Shown here piece after piece: positions 12,919 to 23,744 of a stretch of 64,000 bases of DNA. The notes under the pieces were generated by a model. It worked only from the letters and a program-made list of their open reading frames with translations. It was not told the DNA's origin and searched no databases. Source of the stretch: an uncultured delta proteobacterium (GTDB taxonomy: Bacteria; Desulfobacterota; Binatia; JACPRU01); contig CAVUWD010000002.1 of the NCBI GenBank assembly GCA_963745025.1, forward strand, positions 214,736-278,735. The letters are read 5' to 3'. A program made the position numbers and the translations under genes. Each line of letters opens with the position of its first letter. The stretch's first letter is position 1.

Positions 12919-12977
12919 CGGGTGGAGGACGGATAACACGGCCCGACGCGCAGGGATAGGACGGTCCCCGTTGGACC

Positions 12978-13361
12978 TCAATCGTCGGAGGGCTCGTCGC
13001 CGCCCTCGGCGGTCTCGAGGTCGCCGCCGCCCTCGTCCGGCATTTTGCCGGCCTCCATCTCGTCGACCATCTCGTCGAATTCGCCGCCGCCGAACTCGTC
13101 GCCCATCTCTTTGCCCATCTTGCGCATCCAGCGGGCCATGCTACGGGGATCGCTCTCGTCGAGCCCGGAGAGGTTCGATGGGTCGGCGAGCGAGTCGAGC
13201 CGGGATTCCTCCGAGCGGGTCATCGCGAATCGCGAGAGCAGACGCGTGAGGCGGGTCGAGCCGCAGTGCTCGCAGCGCTCGTCAACCTTCTCGCTGACAC
13301 GTAGCGTGAGGATCGACACCTTCTTGCGACAGTGGTTGCAGCGGTATTCGTAGATCGGCAT
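12978..13361 (-). CDS. FmdB-family zinc-ribbon protein with acidic tail
   Basis: MPIYEYRCNHC...CEHCGS. Confidence 0.85.
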   Translation of the reverse strand: MPIYEYRCNHCRKKVSILTLRVSEKVDERCEHCGSTRLTRLLSRFAMTRSEESRLDSLADPSNLSGLDESDPRSMARWMRKMGKEMGDEFGGGEFDEMVDEMEAGKMPDEGGGDLETAEGGDEPSDD

Positions 13362-13469
13362 CGTGCGAATTATAGCCCCGACGTGAGCAGAGTGGGAGGG
13401 GAGGCTCGCGTGGGCAGCGGGTCACCGAAGGTGACACCCTCTCTCCGCTCGGGTACTATTGCGCGCCCT

Positions 13470-13791
13470 ATGCGCGGTGTGCGTCACTGGCTGCTGGCAG
13501 CATCGCTCTGCGTCGCGCCTGCCATGGCGGCGGTGACCGACACAGATCTCGAGGGTTTGTGCGCCTACGTCGCGGGGCGTTCTGACGAGGCGGCCGTCGG
13601 TCTCAAACAGTCGATTCGCGAACGGTCCCAGAGCGGGGGCGAGACGCAAGCAGGCAAAACCGTTCCAAAGGTGTCCGCCGAGTGGGCCCGAGGCAGCTCG
13701 ACAAGCGGAACATGAGACGTTGGGCATCCGCCGCGAGGTCGCGAGTCCCGTGATCAAGGGCTGGATGGAAGAGGAAATGCCTCTCAAATGA
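13470..13791 (+). CDS. Hypothetical exported protein, probably frameshifted near 13680
   Basis: Signal-like MRGVRHWLLAASLCVAPAMA; the first frame stops at 13715, a second frame continues to a TGA at 13789-13791 that overlaps the next ATG. Confidence 0.4.
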
Positions 13792-14375
13792 AGCGCGAAA
13801 CGCGGCAAACCGTAGTGGATTTCCTCGAGCGCGAGATAGGGCGGCGAACGCTGCTTCGTGGCACCGCTTCGGGGTTGCTGCTAGTCGCCGTGGCGGCGTT
13901 CCTGCCGAGCGGGTGCCGCGGGTATCCCGAACCAGCGGTTCCGCTCCGTTTCTTCTCCAACGAAGAATACGCGATCTTCCAGGCCGTTGCCCGGGCGATT
14001 CTCGGCCTCGAGGACGAGTCGACGGACGTTGCGGCCGAAGTCGATCATCTGATCTCAGGGATGAGCTCCGGCGTGAAGCGCGACATTCACTGGATGCTGC
14101 GGATCTTCGAGCACGGCACACACCTCTTCGATCTCAAGGGCAGGCGCTTCACGCGCCTGGCGCGCTCCGATCAGGAGCAGTATCTGCGCGGCTGGATGCA
14201 GAGCTCGCTCGGCGCGCGCCGGATCGTCTTTCGGGCTCTCAAGCTGCTCGCCTCCCTCGGCTACTACGGGTTGCCGAACACCTGGAACGCGATCGGCTAC
14301 GATGGGCCGTGGCTAGGGCGGCGACCCGAGGAACACCGCTTCACCTACGAGAAGGCGACGCCGTTCGTCTCGTGA
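13788..14375 (+). CDS. Gluconate-2-dehydrogenase subunit 3-like small subunit
   Basis: Twin-arginine-like GRRTLL; C-terminal YY...WNAIGYDGP; lies directly upstream of the GMC enzyme. Confidence 0.75.
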   Translation: MKRETRQTVVDFLEREIGRRTLLRGTASGLLLVAVAAFLPSGCRGYPEPAVPLRFFSNEEYAIFQAVARAILGLEDESTDVAAEVDHLISGMSSGVKRDIHWMLRIFEHGTHLFDLKGRRFTRLARSDQEQYLRGWMQSSLGARRIVFRALKLLASLGYYGLPNTWNAIGYDGPWLGRRPEEHRFTYEKATPFVS

Positions 14376-14382
14376 TGCGGCA

Positions 14383-15897
14383 ATGATTTTCGAGACCTCG
14401 ACGGTGCATGGCGACGTGACGCTTTCTGGCGACGTCTGTGTCGTCGGATCCGGCGCCGGCGGGTCGGTGGTGGCCGCCGAGCTCGCCGCGGGAGGCAAGT
14501 CGGTCATTCTCCTCGAAGAAGGGCACTACTGGACGAGCGACGATTTCACGCAGCGCGAGGAGGAAATGTACCCCCGGCTGTACCGCGAGCGGGGCACCAA
14601 GCCGACGGCGGACTATACGGTGCTGGTGTCGCAGGGCCGAGCGCTCGGCGGCTCGACGCTCGCCAGCTTCTGCCTGTGCTTCCGCGCGCCGCATCAGATT
14701 CTCGCTCACTGGGCGGAGCGCTTCGGGCTCGCCGAGCTCTCGCACGAGGCGATGTTCCCCTACTTCGAGCGCGTCGAGCAGCGGATCGGCGTCAAGGACA
14801 TGGGGCCGGAGCACGCCAACGCGAACAACCGCGTGCTGATGCGCGGTGCCGAGCGGCTCGGCTTCCGTGGCCGGTTCATGAAACACAACCGCACGGATTG
14901 CCTCGGATGCGGCTACTGCGCGATCGGCTGCGCCTACGATCGTAAGGGTGATGCGCTCACCACCTATCTAGCCATGGCCTCGAAGGCGGGGGCGCGGATC
15001 GTTCCGGACGTACACGTTGACACGGTGCGGCACGAACACGGCGCCGTCGCGGGTGTGACAGGGCAGTTCCTCCGTTCGAAGAGCCGCAAACGATTCGCGC
15101 TCCGCGTCGACGCGCGGACGGTGGTGCTCGCCGCCGGGGCGCTGGAATCACCGATGCTCTGGTTCCGCTCCCGCCTTCCCGATCCGAATCGACTCGCGGG
15201 GCGGAATCTGCATCTCCATCCCCACGTCGTCGTGGCCGGAGTCTTCGACGAGACGATCGCATTCTGGCAAGGGATCCCGCAGAGCTACGTCGTCGACGAG
15301 TTCCTGAATCTCGACAAGTCCATCGACGGCGGCTACCTGACGGTCGCAGCCGCCGCCCAACCCGTCGGCGCCGCCGCCTTGCTTCCCGGGCTCGGCCGCG
15401 ATCACCGCCGCTTGATGGACAGCTACGCTCGAACGGCGGGTATCGCGTGCTTCTTGCACGATCGCAGCTCCGGACAGGTCACGTCGGATCCGCGGGGTCA
15501 GGCGGTGATCGAGTACCGCCTGAACGACGAAGACAAACACGACGTCATGAACGCCATGCGCCGGTCGTGCGAGATCCTGTTCGCGGCAGGGGCGACGTCC
15601 GTGGTCCTGCCGTACAACGATCTCGTCGAGATTCACCGGCGGCCGGCCATCAAAGTGATCGAGGAGCGAGGGATCCTCGCCAACGATCCGCTGTTTCTAT
15701 CCTTTCATCCGCAAGGCACGCTTCCGATGGGACGCGACGCCCGGGCGTCCGTGGTGGATTCCTTCGGAGCGGCGCATGGAATCAAAGGCCTCTACGTCGC
15801 CGATGCGAGCGTGTTTCCGACCTCGGTCGCGGTGCCGCCGCAGATCACCGTGATGGCGCTGGCGACCCGAACGGCCGAGCGAATCCTCCGAGCCTGA
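14383..15897 (+). CDS. GMC family FAD oxidoreductase
   Basis: VVGSGAGG, GRALGGST, CLGCGYCAIGC, HPQGT, VADASVFPT. Confidence 0.92.
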   Translation: MIFETSTVHGDVTLSGDVCVVGSGAGGSVVAAELAAGGKSVILLEEGHYWTSDDFTQREEEMYPRLYRERGTKPTADYTVLVSQGRALGGSTLASFCLCFRAPHQILAHWAERFGLAELSHEAMFPYFERVEQRIGVKDMGPEHANANNRVLMRGAERLGFRGRFMKHNRTDCLGCGYCAIGCAYDRKGDALTTYLAMASKAGARIVPDVHVDTVRHEHGAVAGVTGQFLRSKSRKRFALRVDARTVVLAAGALESPMLWFRSRLPDPNRLAGRNLHLHPHVVVAGVFDETIAFWQGIPQSYVVDEFLNLDKSIDGGYLTVAAAAQPVGAAALLPGLGRDHRRLMDSYARTAGIACFLHDRSSGQVTSDPRGQAVIEYRLNDEDKHDVMNAMRRSCEILFAAGATSVVLPYNDLVEIHRRPAIKVIEERGILANDPLFLSFHPQGTLPMGRDARASVVDSFGAAHGIKGLYVADASVFPTSVAVPPQITVMALATRTAERILRA

Positions 15898-15900
15898 GCG

Positions 15901-16038
15901 CTGGGAGCGTGCGCCACGGATCGCTCCCGTTGGGCGCGATCAAAGGGAATGCAACATCCTGCCGAGCTAGGAGACTGCGCCACAGATCGCTCCCGTTGGT
16001 CGCGAACCGGCTCCGGCCAGGCAACCTACCGAGGCTAG
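15901..16038 (+). repeat. Two tandem ~66-bp CTAG/CTGG-delimited hairpin cassettes (REP-like family B, locus 1)
   Basis: CTGG(15901)-unit-CTAG(15967)-unit-CTAG(16035); shared core GGAGnnTGCGCCACRGATCGCTCCCGTTGGKCGCGA; near-identical inverted copies at 24445-24582 and 55997-56101. Confidence 0.9.
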
Positions 16039-16256
16039 CCCGACGCGGCTGAGGCGCGCGCGAGAGGTGGTGCCGAAAGAGGCGTCTCAAGCCGCTCGCG
16101 CCGCGCGGGCGGCCGGTATCTCGGCATCGGCAGGTTCGTCGAGCGGATTGGCGCCGCCACGGATGGACAAAGGTCGACCTTGCCGATTTCTTCCTGGATC
16201 TCGAGCGGGTCTTCGGGCACGTTCAGCGCTGGCGGGGCAGGGGCATCGCGGGCTTC

Positions 16257-16327
16257 GGCTACCGGCTTCAGGCTGCCGACAAAACGTCGCGGGGGCTCTT
16301 GCGGTGCCGGTAGTCGGTCGCCGGTCA
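16257..16327. repeat. Heptamer-arm palindromic element (family A, copy 1)
   Basis: ggctacc ggcttca ggctgcc - spacer - gcggtg ccggtag tcggtcg ccggtca; overlaps the spoVR stop. Confidence 0.7.
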
Positions 16328-17778
16328 GCTCTTGAGAGATTTGGTGGACATCCCCCGATCGTTGAACGCGAGCAGCATCCGCTTGCCGCCGATCACGGTT
16401 TCGACCGCTACCTCGCGACCCCAGAGACGGTACAGGTAGGCGAGCGTCCGTTCCGCGTACTCGAGCTGGAGGTCGCGGCCGTCGTGGTCGTGCTTCAGAT
16501 AGAGCGTCGCGGTTGTCGCCGTAGTCGGCGTCTTCGATCTGGATGACCGGCACGCCTCCCATGCCGACGTTCTTGATCAGCGTCTCCTTGACTTCTTGCC
16601 AGCCCTCCTCGTCGGAGACCTCGCGACACGACTAGGTCGTCGCCCTTTGGCTCGTATTGGAAGAGATCGAGCTCGCGCATCAGCTCCTCGGTGAGGAAGC
16701 GGCGCAGGAAGGACGCGTCGCGGTCGGCCTCGCGGACTTCGAAGAGCTGCTTCGTCCGCTCGCCCTTCGAGCGATGGAGCTCCCGCGCTCCTCGGGGCTC
16801 GGGTCGTCGTAGCGCCGCGTCGATGTCCTCCCAGATCTTGAGGCCGAGGTGGTAGGGATTCAGCCCGCCGGGATGCGGCCGCACGACCTGGTTGTGGCGC
16901 ACGAGGAACTCGAGGTGCAGCTCCTGCGGCAGCTCGAGGCGTTCGAGGATCTCGCTTGTGCCAGTAGCGAGGCCCAGCCCTCGTTCATGATCTTGGTCTC
17001 GATCTGCGGGATGAAGTACTGCGCCTCCTCGTGCACGATCGTGAGCAGATCCCGCTCCCATTCGGCGAGGAACGGGTTGTGGTCGCGGATGAAGAGCAGG
17101 AGGTCCTCCTCGGGCGAGGGCGGGACCTTCTGGAGATCGGGCTCCTCGATACTCGCGTCGGCGGTGGATGCGCTGGAACGGGTCGTCGGCGCGGTCGCGC
17201 GGCGTCGAGCAGGCGCTCGCGCTCCTCCTCGCGGTCGAGCTTCTTGATCGCGAGGTTGCGGCGGCACTGCAGCGACAGGGCGTGCGCGGCGTCGAGGATC
17301 GACTCTCGACCTTGTCGATGCCGATCGACGGATCCTCGACGTAGCGTGCGCACGCGGTCGGCATGCGCCTTGAACGTCGCCGATCGTGAACTCGGCGCGC
17401 GTGCGCTCGAAAGGTGAAGTTGTTCTTGAAGAAGTCGTTGTGCCCGTAGACGTGCGCGATGGTCAGGATCTGCAGGCAGCAGCGAGTTGTCGCGCATCAG
17501 GTAGGCGAGCGCGGGGTTCGAGTTGATCACCATCTCGTACGGGCAGGCCCGAGACGCCGTAGTCGTAGAGCGTCTTCAGCTTCTCGTAGGACTTGCCGTA
17601 CGACCAGTGCGGGTAGTGCGACGGCATGCCCGAGTACGCCATGTAGCCGAGCATCTGCGTCGTGGTCGCAGATCTCGAACTCCTGCGGGTAGCAGTCGAG
17701 CCCGAACTCGCTCGACCTTCTCGCGGATCGCGCGCGTCCCAGTACTCGAGGTCCTTCGAGGCGTCGTAGGTCGGCCAT
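16325..17778 (-). CDS. SpoVR/YcgB family protein (frameshifted)
   Basis: [65 protein letters not shown] motifs over several frames. Confidence 0.88.
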
Positions 17779-17784
17779 CGGCGT

Positions 17785-18995
17785 CAGCCGTCCTGCTGCC
17801 CGCGGTCCTTGGCGAGGAACGCCTTGAAGCTCGGCCAGATGTCTTCCTTGCGCTCGATCAGGACCGTCTGGAAGTTGTCGGCCTCGAGGCGGCGGAAGAT
17901 GTTGAGCATCGAGCTCTCGTAGTAGCGCGAGCCGAGCGGCTTGATCTCGCCGTAGCCGAAGAGGTTGCAGACGTCGGCGAGCTCCTTGCGCGGCGCGCAG
18001 CGCCGCCGGGTTGTCGGAGTCGAAGTTGTCGCCGTCGGAGCAGTGGAACGCGTAGATGTTCCAGAGCGACGGATGGTAGCGCTCCTGGATGATCTCGAGC
18101 GCCTTGTTGTAGCCCGACGAGATGAACGTGCCGCCGGATTCGCCCTTGTGGAAGAACTCCTCCTCGGTGACCTCGTTGGCCTCGGTGTGGTGGGCGATGA
18201 AGACGATCTCGACGTTGCGGTACTTGGTGCAGATGAACTGGTAGAGCAGGAAGAAGAAGCTGCGCGCCAGGTACTTCTTCATCGTGTCCATCGAGCCCGA
18301 GGTGTCCATGATGCAGATGACGACGGCGTTCGACTCGCTGCTGCACGTCGGTCGATCGACGTGACGGTAGATGAGGTCGTCGTCGTGGAAGGGGAAGCGC
18401 TCGGTCGTCGATCGGGCTCGACGTCCGGCGGCGCGCGACTGCGCGCCGCGTCGCCGGCTGGCGCTTGCGCGCTCGCGCACGGTGCGGCGCTTGTCGAGGC
18501 GGACGCGGATGCCGACCGGGCGGTAGCCCTTGCGCTTGGCGAGGCGGTCGCCTCGATCTGGCGCGAGCGCCTTCCGCTCCAGGTCGGGCAGCTCGAGGTC
18601 CTCGAACATGATGTCGATGAGCTCCTCGAGCGTGACGTCGGTCTCGTAGTAGTCGCTGCCCGGCCTGGTCGCCGGCCTTGTCCTCGCCGCCCTCGCCCTC
18701 GCTGCTTGCGCCTTGCCGACCACCTGGCCGGGCTGCGAGTTGCCGTCGCCCTGGCCGACGCCCGGGCGCGTTGTCGCCGTAGACGAAGCGGTACTCCTGA
18801 TGCCGCGGATCGGGACCTTGATGACCCGGTCGCGGTCCTTGCCCGATGATCGACTCCTCGGCGATGATGTCGGCGATGTTCTCGCGGATCGACTCGCGCA
18901 CCTTCTGCGCGATGACGCAGCGCGGTCGCCGGCGGAGCGGTCGCTGCGCTCGGCGTCCGACGGCGCGATACGGGCGGAAGATCGACTCGACGTGC
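17785..18995 (-). CDS. YeaH/YhbH (DUF444) vWA-like protein (frameshifted; start approximate)
   Basis: IMDTSGSM, FIAHHTEA, GESGGT, WNIYAFHCSDGDN. Confidence 0.88.
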
Positions 18996-19038
18996 GGCTC
19001 ACGGGCGGGCGGCTGCAGCGGCCGGCCGCCGCGGCCGG

Positions 19039-20982
19039 TCAGTCCTTCCAGAGGTTGTTGGCGGCGTACTTGAGGACGACGTCGACGCAGCTCTCGCAGT
19101 AGCCGTTCTCGAGCAGGTTCTTCACCATCGCGTTGTACTTCTCGCGTCTGCTCCTCGTCGCGCGTGCGCGCCTTGGTGATGATGCGGCTGATGTCGCGCA
19201 CCGAGGTCATGAGCTTCTTCTCGATCGCTTCCTTCAGCGGCTCGTAGGATCGGTAGGAGATCGCGCTCGCCGCGGCGGCTCGCCGCCCAGAGGTAGGCGA
19301 TGACCTCCTGGCGGAAGCCCTCGGCGGCCGAGCCGATGATCGCGATCTGCTCCTCGATCGACTTGAGGAACCCCTCGTCGGGCTGCAGCTCTTCCTTGGT
19401 GTTGCGGTCCTTGACCTTGGTCTTGTTGACGAAGGCCTCGGCGTGGTCGAGGTAGTTCTGGAAGAGCGACTCGGCCTGCTCCTGGTAGGAGTAGACGAAG
19501 GCCTTGGTGATCTCCTTCTCGAGCAGCTCGAGGTACTCCTTGTGGAGCGATGTCCTGCAGGAACTCGAGGTACTGCTTGCGCGTGTCGTCGGCGAGGTCG
19601 GCTTCCTTCACCATGTTGATCAGCGCCTCGCGGACGTTGATCGGGTTGATGCAGTTGCCCTCGACGTTGTCGGAGAGCGCGTTGTCGAGCGCCTTCATGA
19701 TGAAGCGCGTCGAGATGCCGCTCATGCCCTCGCGCTTGGCGTCGTCGCGGAGCTCCTGCACGTCGATCTTCTTGGTGCTTGCCCTTCTCGACGACCTCTT
19801 CGCCGTTGTAGAGCTTGAGCTTGGTCATCAGGTCGCACTTGGCGGTCGGCTCGAGGCGCGAGAGGATCGCGAACATCGAGGCGATCTCGAGCGTGTGCGG
19901 CGCGACGTGGGCGCGGAAGTCCGAGTTGCGGATGATCTTCTGGTAGATCTTCACCTCCTCGGACAGGCGCAGGTTGTACGGCACCTTGACGACGACGATG
20001 CGGTCGAGGATCGCCTCGTTGGTGTGGTCGGCCTTGAACTTCTGCCACTCGGCCTCGTTCGAGTGCGCGACGATGACGGTGTCGACGTAGACCATGCCGT
20101 GGCGGCCCGGCGCCGGGATGACCTTCTCCTGCGTCGCGGTGATCATGGCGTGCAGGTACTCGGTCTCGTTCTTGAAGACCTCGATGAACTCGACCATGCC
20201 GCGGTTGCCGACGTTGAGCGCGCCGTTCAGGTCGAGCACGCGCGGATCGCCCTCGGAGTAGAGGTCGAGCTTCGAGATGTCCTCGCTGCCGATCAGCACC
20301 GAGGTGTCCTGGTTGTTCGGGTCGACCGGCGGCACGACGCCGATGCCGACGCGGTTGCGCTTCGAGAAGTAGCGCGTGACGACCGGCACCTCCTCGTAGC
20401 GGCCGCCGAACTCCTCCTTCAGCCGGAAGCGGCACACCGGGCAGAGGTCGCCCTCGATGTGCACGCCGAGCATCTTCTCGAACTCCTGCCGCAGGTGGCG
20501 CGGAATGAGGTGCAGCGGCTCCTCGAACATCGGGCAGCCCTCGATCGCGTAGAACGGGTCGGCTGCCTCGAGGCCGCGCTGCAGCCTCTCGACCAGCGAG
20601 CTCTTGCCGGAGCCGACCGGGCCCATCAGGTAGAGCACCTGGCGGCTCTCCTCGCCCTTCAGCGACGCCGAGTGGAAGTAGCGGACGATCTGCGCGATCG
20701 TCTTCTCGATGCCGAAGAACTCGTCGCGCGAAGAAGTTGTAGACCTTGAGCGACTCGTCCTTGTAGAGCCGCTTGGCCGCGCGGGTCGTCGGTGTCGTGG
20801 ATGTCGGCAGTGCCCGCGCGGATGATCATGTCGTAGAGGCGGGCGTGGGCGAGCTTGGGGATGGTGGGGTCTTCGCGGACGAGGTCGAGGTACTCGAGGA
20901 AGGTGCCGCGCCAGATTTTGCTCTCGCGAGCGACGCGGTCTTCCTTGATGATGCGCTCGAAGGTGCGGGTCGGCTGATCCAT
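19039..20982 (-). CDS. prkA: PrkA/YeaG AAA+ serine protein kinase (frameshifted)
   Basis: LMGPVGSGKS Walker A, GELN-like GALNVGNRG, EAILDRI, EGMSGISTRF. Confidence 0.92.
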
Positions 20983-21229
20983 CAGCGTCCTCCCTCGGAA
21001 CCAGCGCTAGCTAGTCGACGTGCCAGCTCCCCTGCACAGCATGTTCGACGCTGCGTCATCACTGTCGATTCATTGTCTCGCCCAAAGTATATAGCCCGCC
21101 GGAAACAGTAACAAGCCGAACACTTGCCTGGACGCCTCGACGTGCGCGCGGGGAGCCCGTTACGTAAAGTTGCGGCGCGACACTGTTGGGGGACCGCTCT
21201 CGAGCACCGCTGGCTCTTCACCGCATCGC

Positions 21230-22228
21230 TCACTGGCTGTCGCGCAGAAACTGGTAGAGGTCGGATTCGATGCCGTCGTTGGCGACGAGCCCGTAGGTGC
21301 TCGGGGGCCCCTCGCCGTCGAAGTAGGTGAAAATGTAGATCCGATCCAGGCGGTCGATCTCGTCGTCGAGCTCGGGGAAGACGTCTTGAGCGTGGCCGAG
21401 CTGATTCGTCGAGCCCCGCTCGCCGCTCTCGGTGCACCAAACACGCTTGCCGGTGCTGTTCAGGAAGTCCGCGATGCCGCCGAAGCTGAGCTTCTCGAGC
21501 TGCTCGCCGTACCAGTGAAAGTTGTAGACGTCGACGAAGCCGAGCAGGCCGGCACCGACCATGTCCTTGTTGTAGTCGAGATGACGCGGGAAGCTCTGAT
21601 TGATGCTCGTCGTGGCCGCGCCGACCACCGGCGCACCGCTCCGCTTGCGGATCTCCGGAGCGGCTCGGCTGACGAGGTCCACGTAGTCTCCCGGGGAGCA
21701 ATCGAGCACGCCCGGCGGGACACCCCGACCGTTACAGAACGCGTCGGGCTCGTTCCAGATCTCCCATCCGGCGATCCTGCCGTCGCTACCGTACCGGTCG
21801 AGCACGGGAATGACATAGCGAGCGACGAATACCTCTTTCCAATCGGGGCGGTTGGCGAGCCACCGCGGGGCATACGCGAGGATCGGCAACAGATCCGTGT
21901 CGGGCGGAATCGAAGCGAGGATGGTGTCGAACCGGGAGAAATCGGGAGCTGCGTTCTCGCCCGGTAGAAACCCTTCGTCGAAGAAGAAGCTCGCGCGAAT
22001 GTGCCGCAGCCCCAACGTGGAACGGATGTCGTTGCCCTGGGCAGCCGGATTGCCTTTCGGGTTGCCGACGAACTCGTTCTGTACACCGAGCTTCTCTCGC
22101 GGGATCGAGCCGCCGCTACCGAAGAGCAAGTCACCGACATCCTCGGCATCGCCGTGCACGCCGCCGCAGGCGGCCGAGGTCAGAAGAACGAGAACCAGGG
22201 TGTGGACGTAGATCCGCGCAATTGGCAC
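21230..22228 (-). CDS. Lipoprotein glycoside hydrolase, clan GH-A (GH5/GH39-like)
   Basis: GAGGAGG RBS before GTG at 22228; lipobox SAAC; WEIWNEPD acid/base and WCTESG nucleophile motifs. Confidence 0.75.
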   Translation of the reverse strand: MPIARIYVHTLVLVLLTSAACGGVHGDAEDVGDLLFGSGGSIPREKLGVQNEFVGNPKGNPAAQGNDIRSTLGLRHIRASFFFDEGFLPGENAAPDFSRFDTILASIPPDTDLLPILAYAPRWLANRPDWKEVFVARYVIPVLDRYGSDGRIAGWEIWNEPDAFCNGRGVPPGVLDCSPGDYVDLVSRAAPEIRKRSGAPVVGAATTSINQSFPRHLDYNKDMVGAGLLGFVDVYNFHWYGEQLEKLSFGGIADFLNSTGKRVWCTESGERGSTNQLGHAQDVFPELDDEIDRLDRIYIFTYFDGEGPPSTYGLVANDGIESDLYQFLRDSQ

Positions 22229-22400
22229 GTAAACCTCCTCACCGCATCGTAGCCGGCGCACTTTGCAAACACGCAGCATCACTCGATGTCGTGATGTTTG
22301 AAGTTGAAAGGTTTCTCAAGGCCTTGGGACCGGAAGTCTCCAGCTGACAGCGGAAGACCGCCGACAGACCCGTTCGCTCCGTTGACTCGGCTCGCGCAGA

Positions 22401-22432
22401 TAGATAATAGAGATAATCGAGTAAGTTATCTA
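22401..22432 (+). promoter_or_regulatory. AT-rich inverted repeat, probable Rrf2 auto-operator
   Basis: TAGATAA-N18-TTATCTA with an inner AGATAA, abutting the ATG of the Rrf2 gene; TTGACT at 22382. Confidence 0.55.
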
Positions 22433-22887
22433 TGCGCATTTCCCACCGCTGCGAATACGCTTTACGGGCCCTTCTGGAATTGGCCAAGAACAGCAAGGAG
22501 GGTCCCATACGCATCGAAGAGATCGCTCGGCGGCAGACGATCCCCAAGCAGTTCCTCGCCAACCTGCTGGTACAGCTCAAGCGAGGGCGGTTCGTGCAGA
22601 GCAAGAAGGGTCCTGAAGGGGGGTATTACCTCGCGCGATCCGCACGGCAGATCAATGTCGGCGAGGTCGTTCGATTCATCGATGGGCCGATCGCGCCCAT
22701 CCAGTGCGTAAGCCGCACCCTCGGCGAGAAATGTGAGATCGGCGGGCGGTGCGGATTTTTCCCCCTGTGGAAACGGGTGCGCGATGCGGTAGCGGAGATC
22801 GTCGATCACACCACCGTTGCCGATGTGGTCGAGGAGCAGGAGCGCGAAGCGGCAGCCGGCGCCAAGGTGTTCATGTATCAAATTTGA
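22432..22887 (+). CDS. Rrf2 family transcriptional regulator (IscR/CymR-like, three Cys)
   Basis: EYALRAL, SKKGPEGGY, C-x8-C-x5-C. Confidence 0.93.
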   Translation: MRISHRCEYALRALLELAKNSKEGPIRIEEIARRQTIPKQFLANLLVQLKRGRFVQSKKGPEGGYYLARSARQINVGEVVRFIDGPIAPIQCVSRTLGEKCEIGGRCGFFPLWKRVRDAVAEIVDHTTVADVVEEQEREAAAGAKVFMYQI

Positions 22888-22891
22888 ACCC

Positions 22892-23744
22892 ATGGCGGCT
22901 TCTCTCGAGATCTCTGCGCTCTCGAAGTCGTTTGCGCCGCGCAACGGCGGCGGCCCGAGCGCCGCTTTGCGCGACGTCGATCTCGCGATCGCCGAAGGCG
23001 AGTTCGTCTGTCTCGTTGGCCCGTCGGGTTGCGGCAAGTCGACGCTGCTGAACCTCGTCGCCGGCCTCGAGCCGCCGTCGAGCGGCAGCATCCGGGTGGG
23101 CGGGCGAGACATCGCGGGTGCCGGCGCGGACCGTGGCATGGTCTTCCAGGAGGCCGCCCTCTTTCCATGGCTCAACGTCGTTCAGAACATCGAGTTTCCG
23201 CTGAAGAGCATGGGCGTGGCTCGTGCGGAGCGGCGCAGCCGCGCGCTTCACTTCCTGCGCATGGTACACCTCGCGCGGTTCGCAAATGCTTACGTGCACG
23301 AGCTCTCCGGAGGCATGCGCCAACGCGTGGCGATCGCTCGCGCGCTGGCGATGGACCCGAAGATCTTGCTGATGGACGAGCCGTTCGCGGCGCTTGATGC
23401 GCAGACGCGCGACATCTTGCACGAGGAGCTGCAGGCAGATCTGGCAGGAGACTCGCAAGACGATTCTATTCGTCACCCACAACGTACGCGAAGCGGCGTA
23501 CCTCGCAGATCGCGTCGCGATCTTCTCGGCCCACCCGGGAACCATCAAGCGCGTCCTCGCCATCAACTATCCGCACCCGCGCGACAAGGAGAACATGCGG
23601 ATCGCCCGCGCGGCCAACGTGATCCTCGAGGAACTGAGGGATGAAGTCGAAAAAGCCATCCGTGGGCAGCTGGGCGAGGAGTGGCAGCGGCCGGCGGATC
23701 GTGTTTCTCCTTCTGCTCGTCTCGATCTGGGACGCGGTATTTAG
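22892..23744 (+). CDS. NitT/TauT/SsuB-type ABC ATP-binding protein (one extra base near 23435)
   Basis: GPSGCGKS, LSGGMRQR, MDEPF; FVTH continues in another frame after gcaggcagat. Confidence 0.88.

Noticed and set aside
15901-16038. Mini-CRISPR interpretation of family B (about 36-nt core plus about 30-nt tail)
   Set aside because: Only two units per locus, the same tails recur at distant loci, and no cas genes are present.
21008-21025. Sigma-54 promoter upstream of prkA (minus strand TGGCACGTCGACTAGC)
   Set aside because: GG-to-GC spacing is 11 rather than the required 10 nt; it would fit only if a base is a sequencing insertion.
23425-23445. Programmed frameshift in the ABC ATPase (and in sucC)
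   Set aside because: No slippery heptamer, and single-base insertions are common in this assembly.
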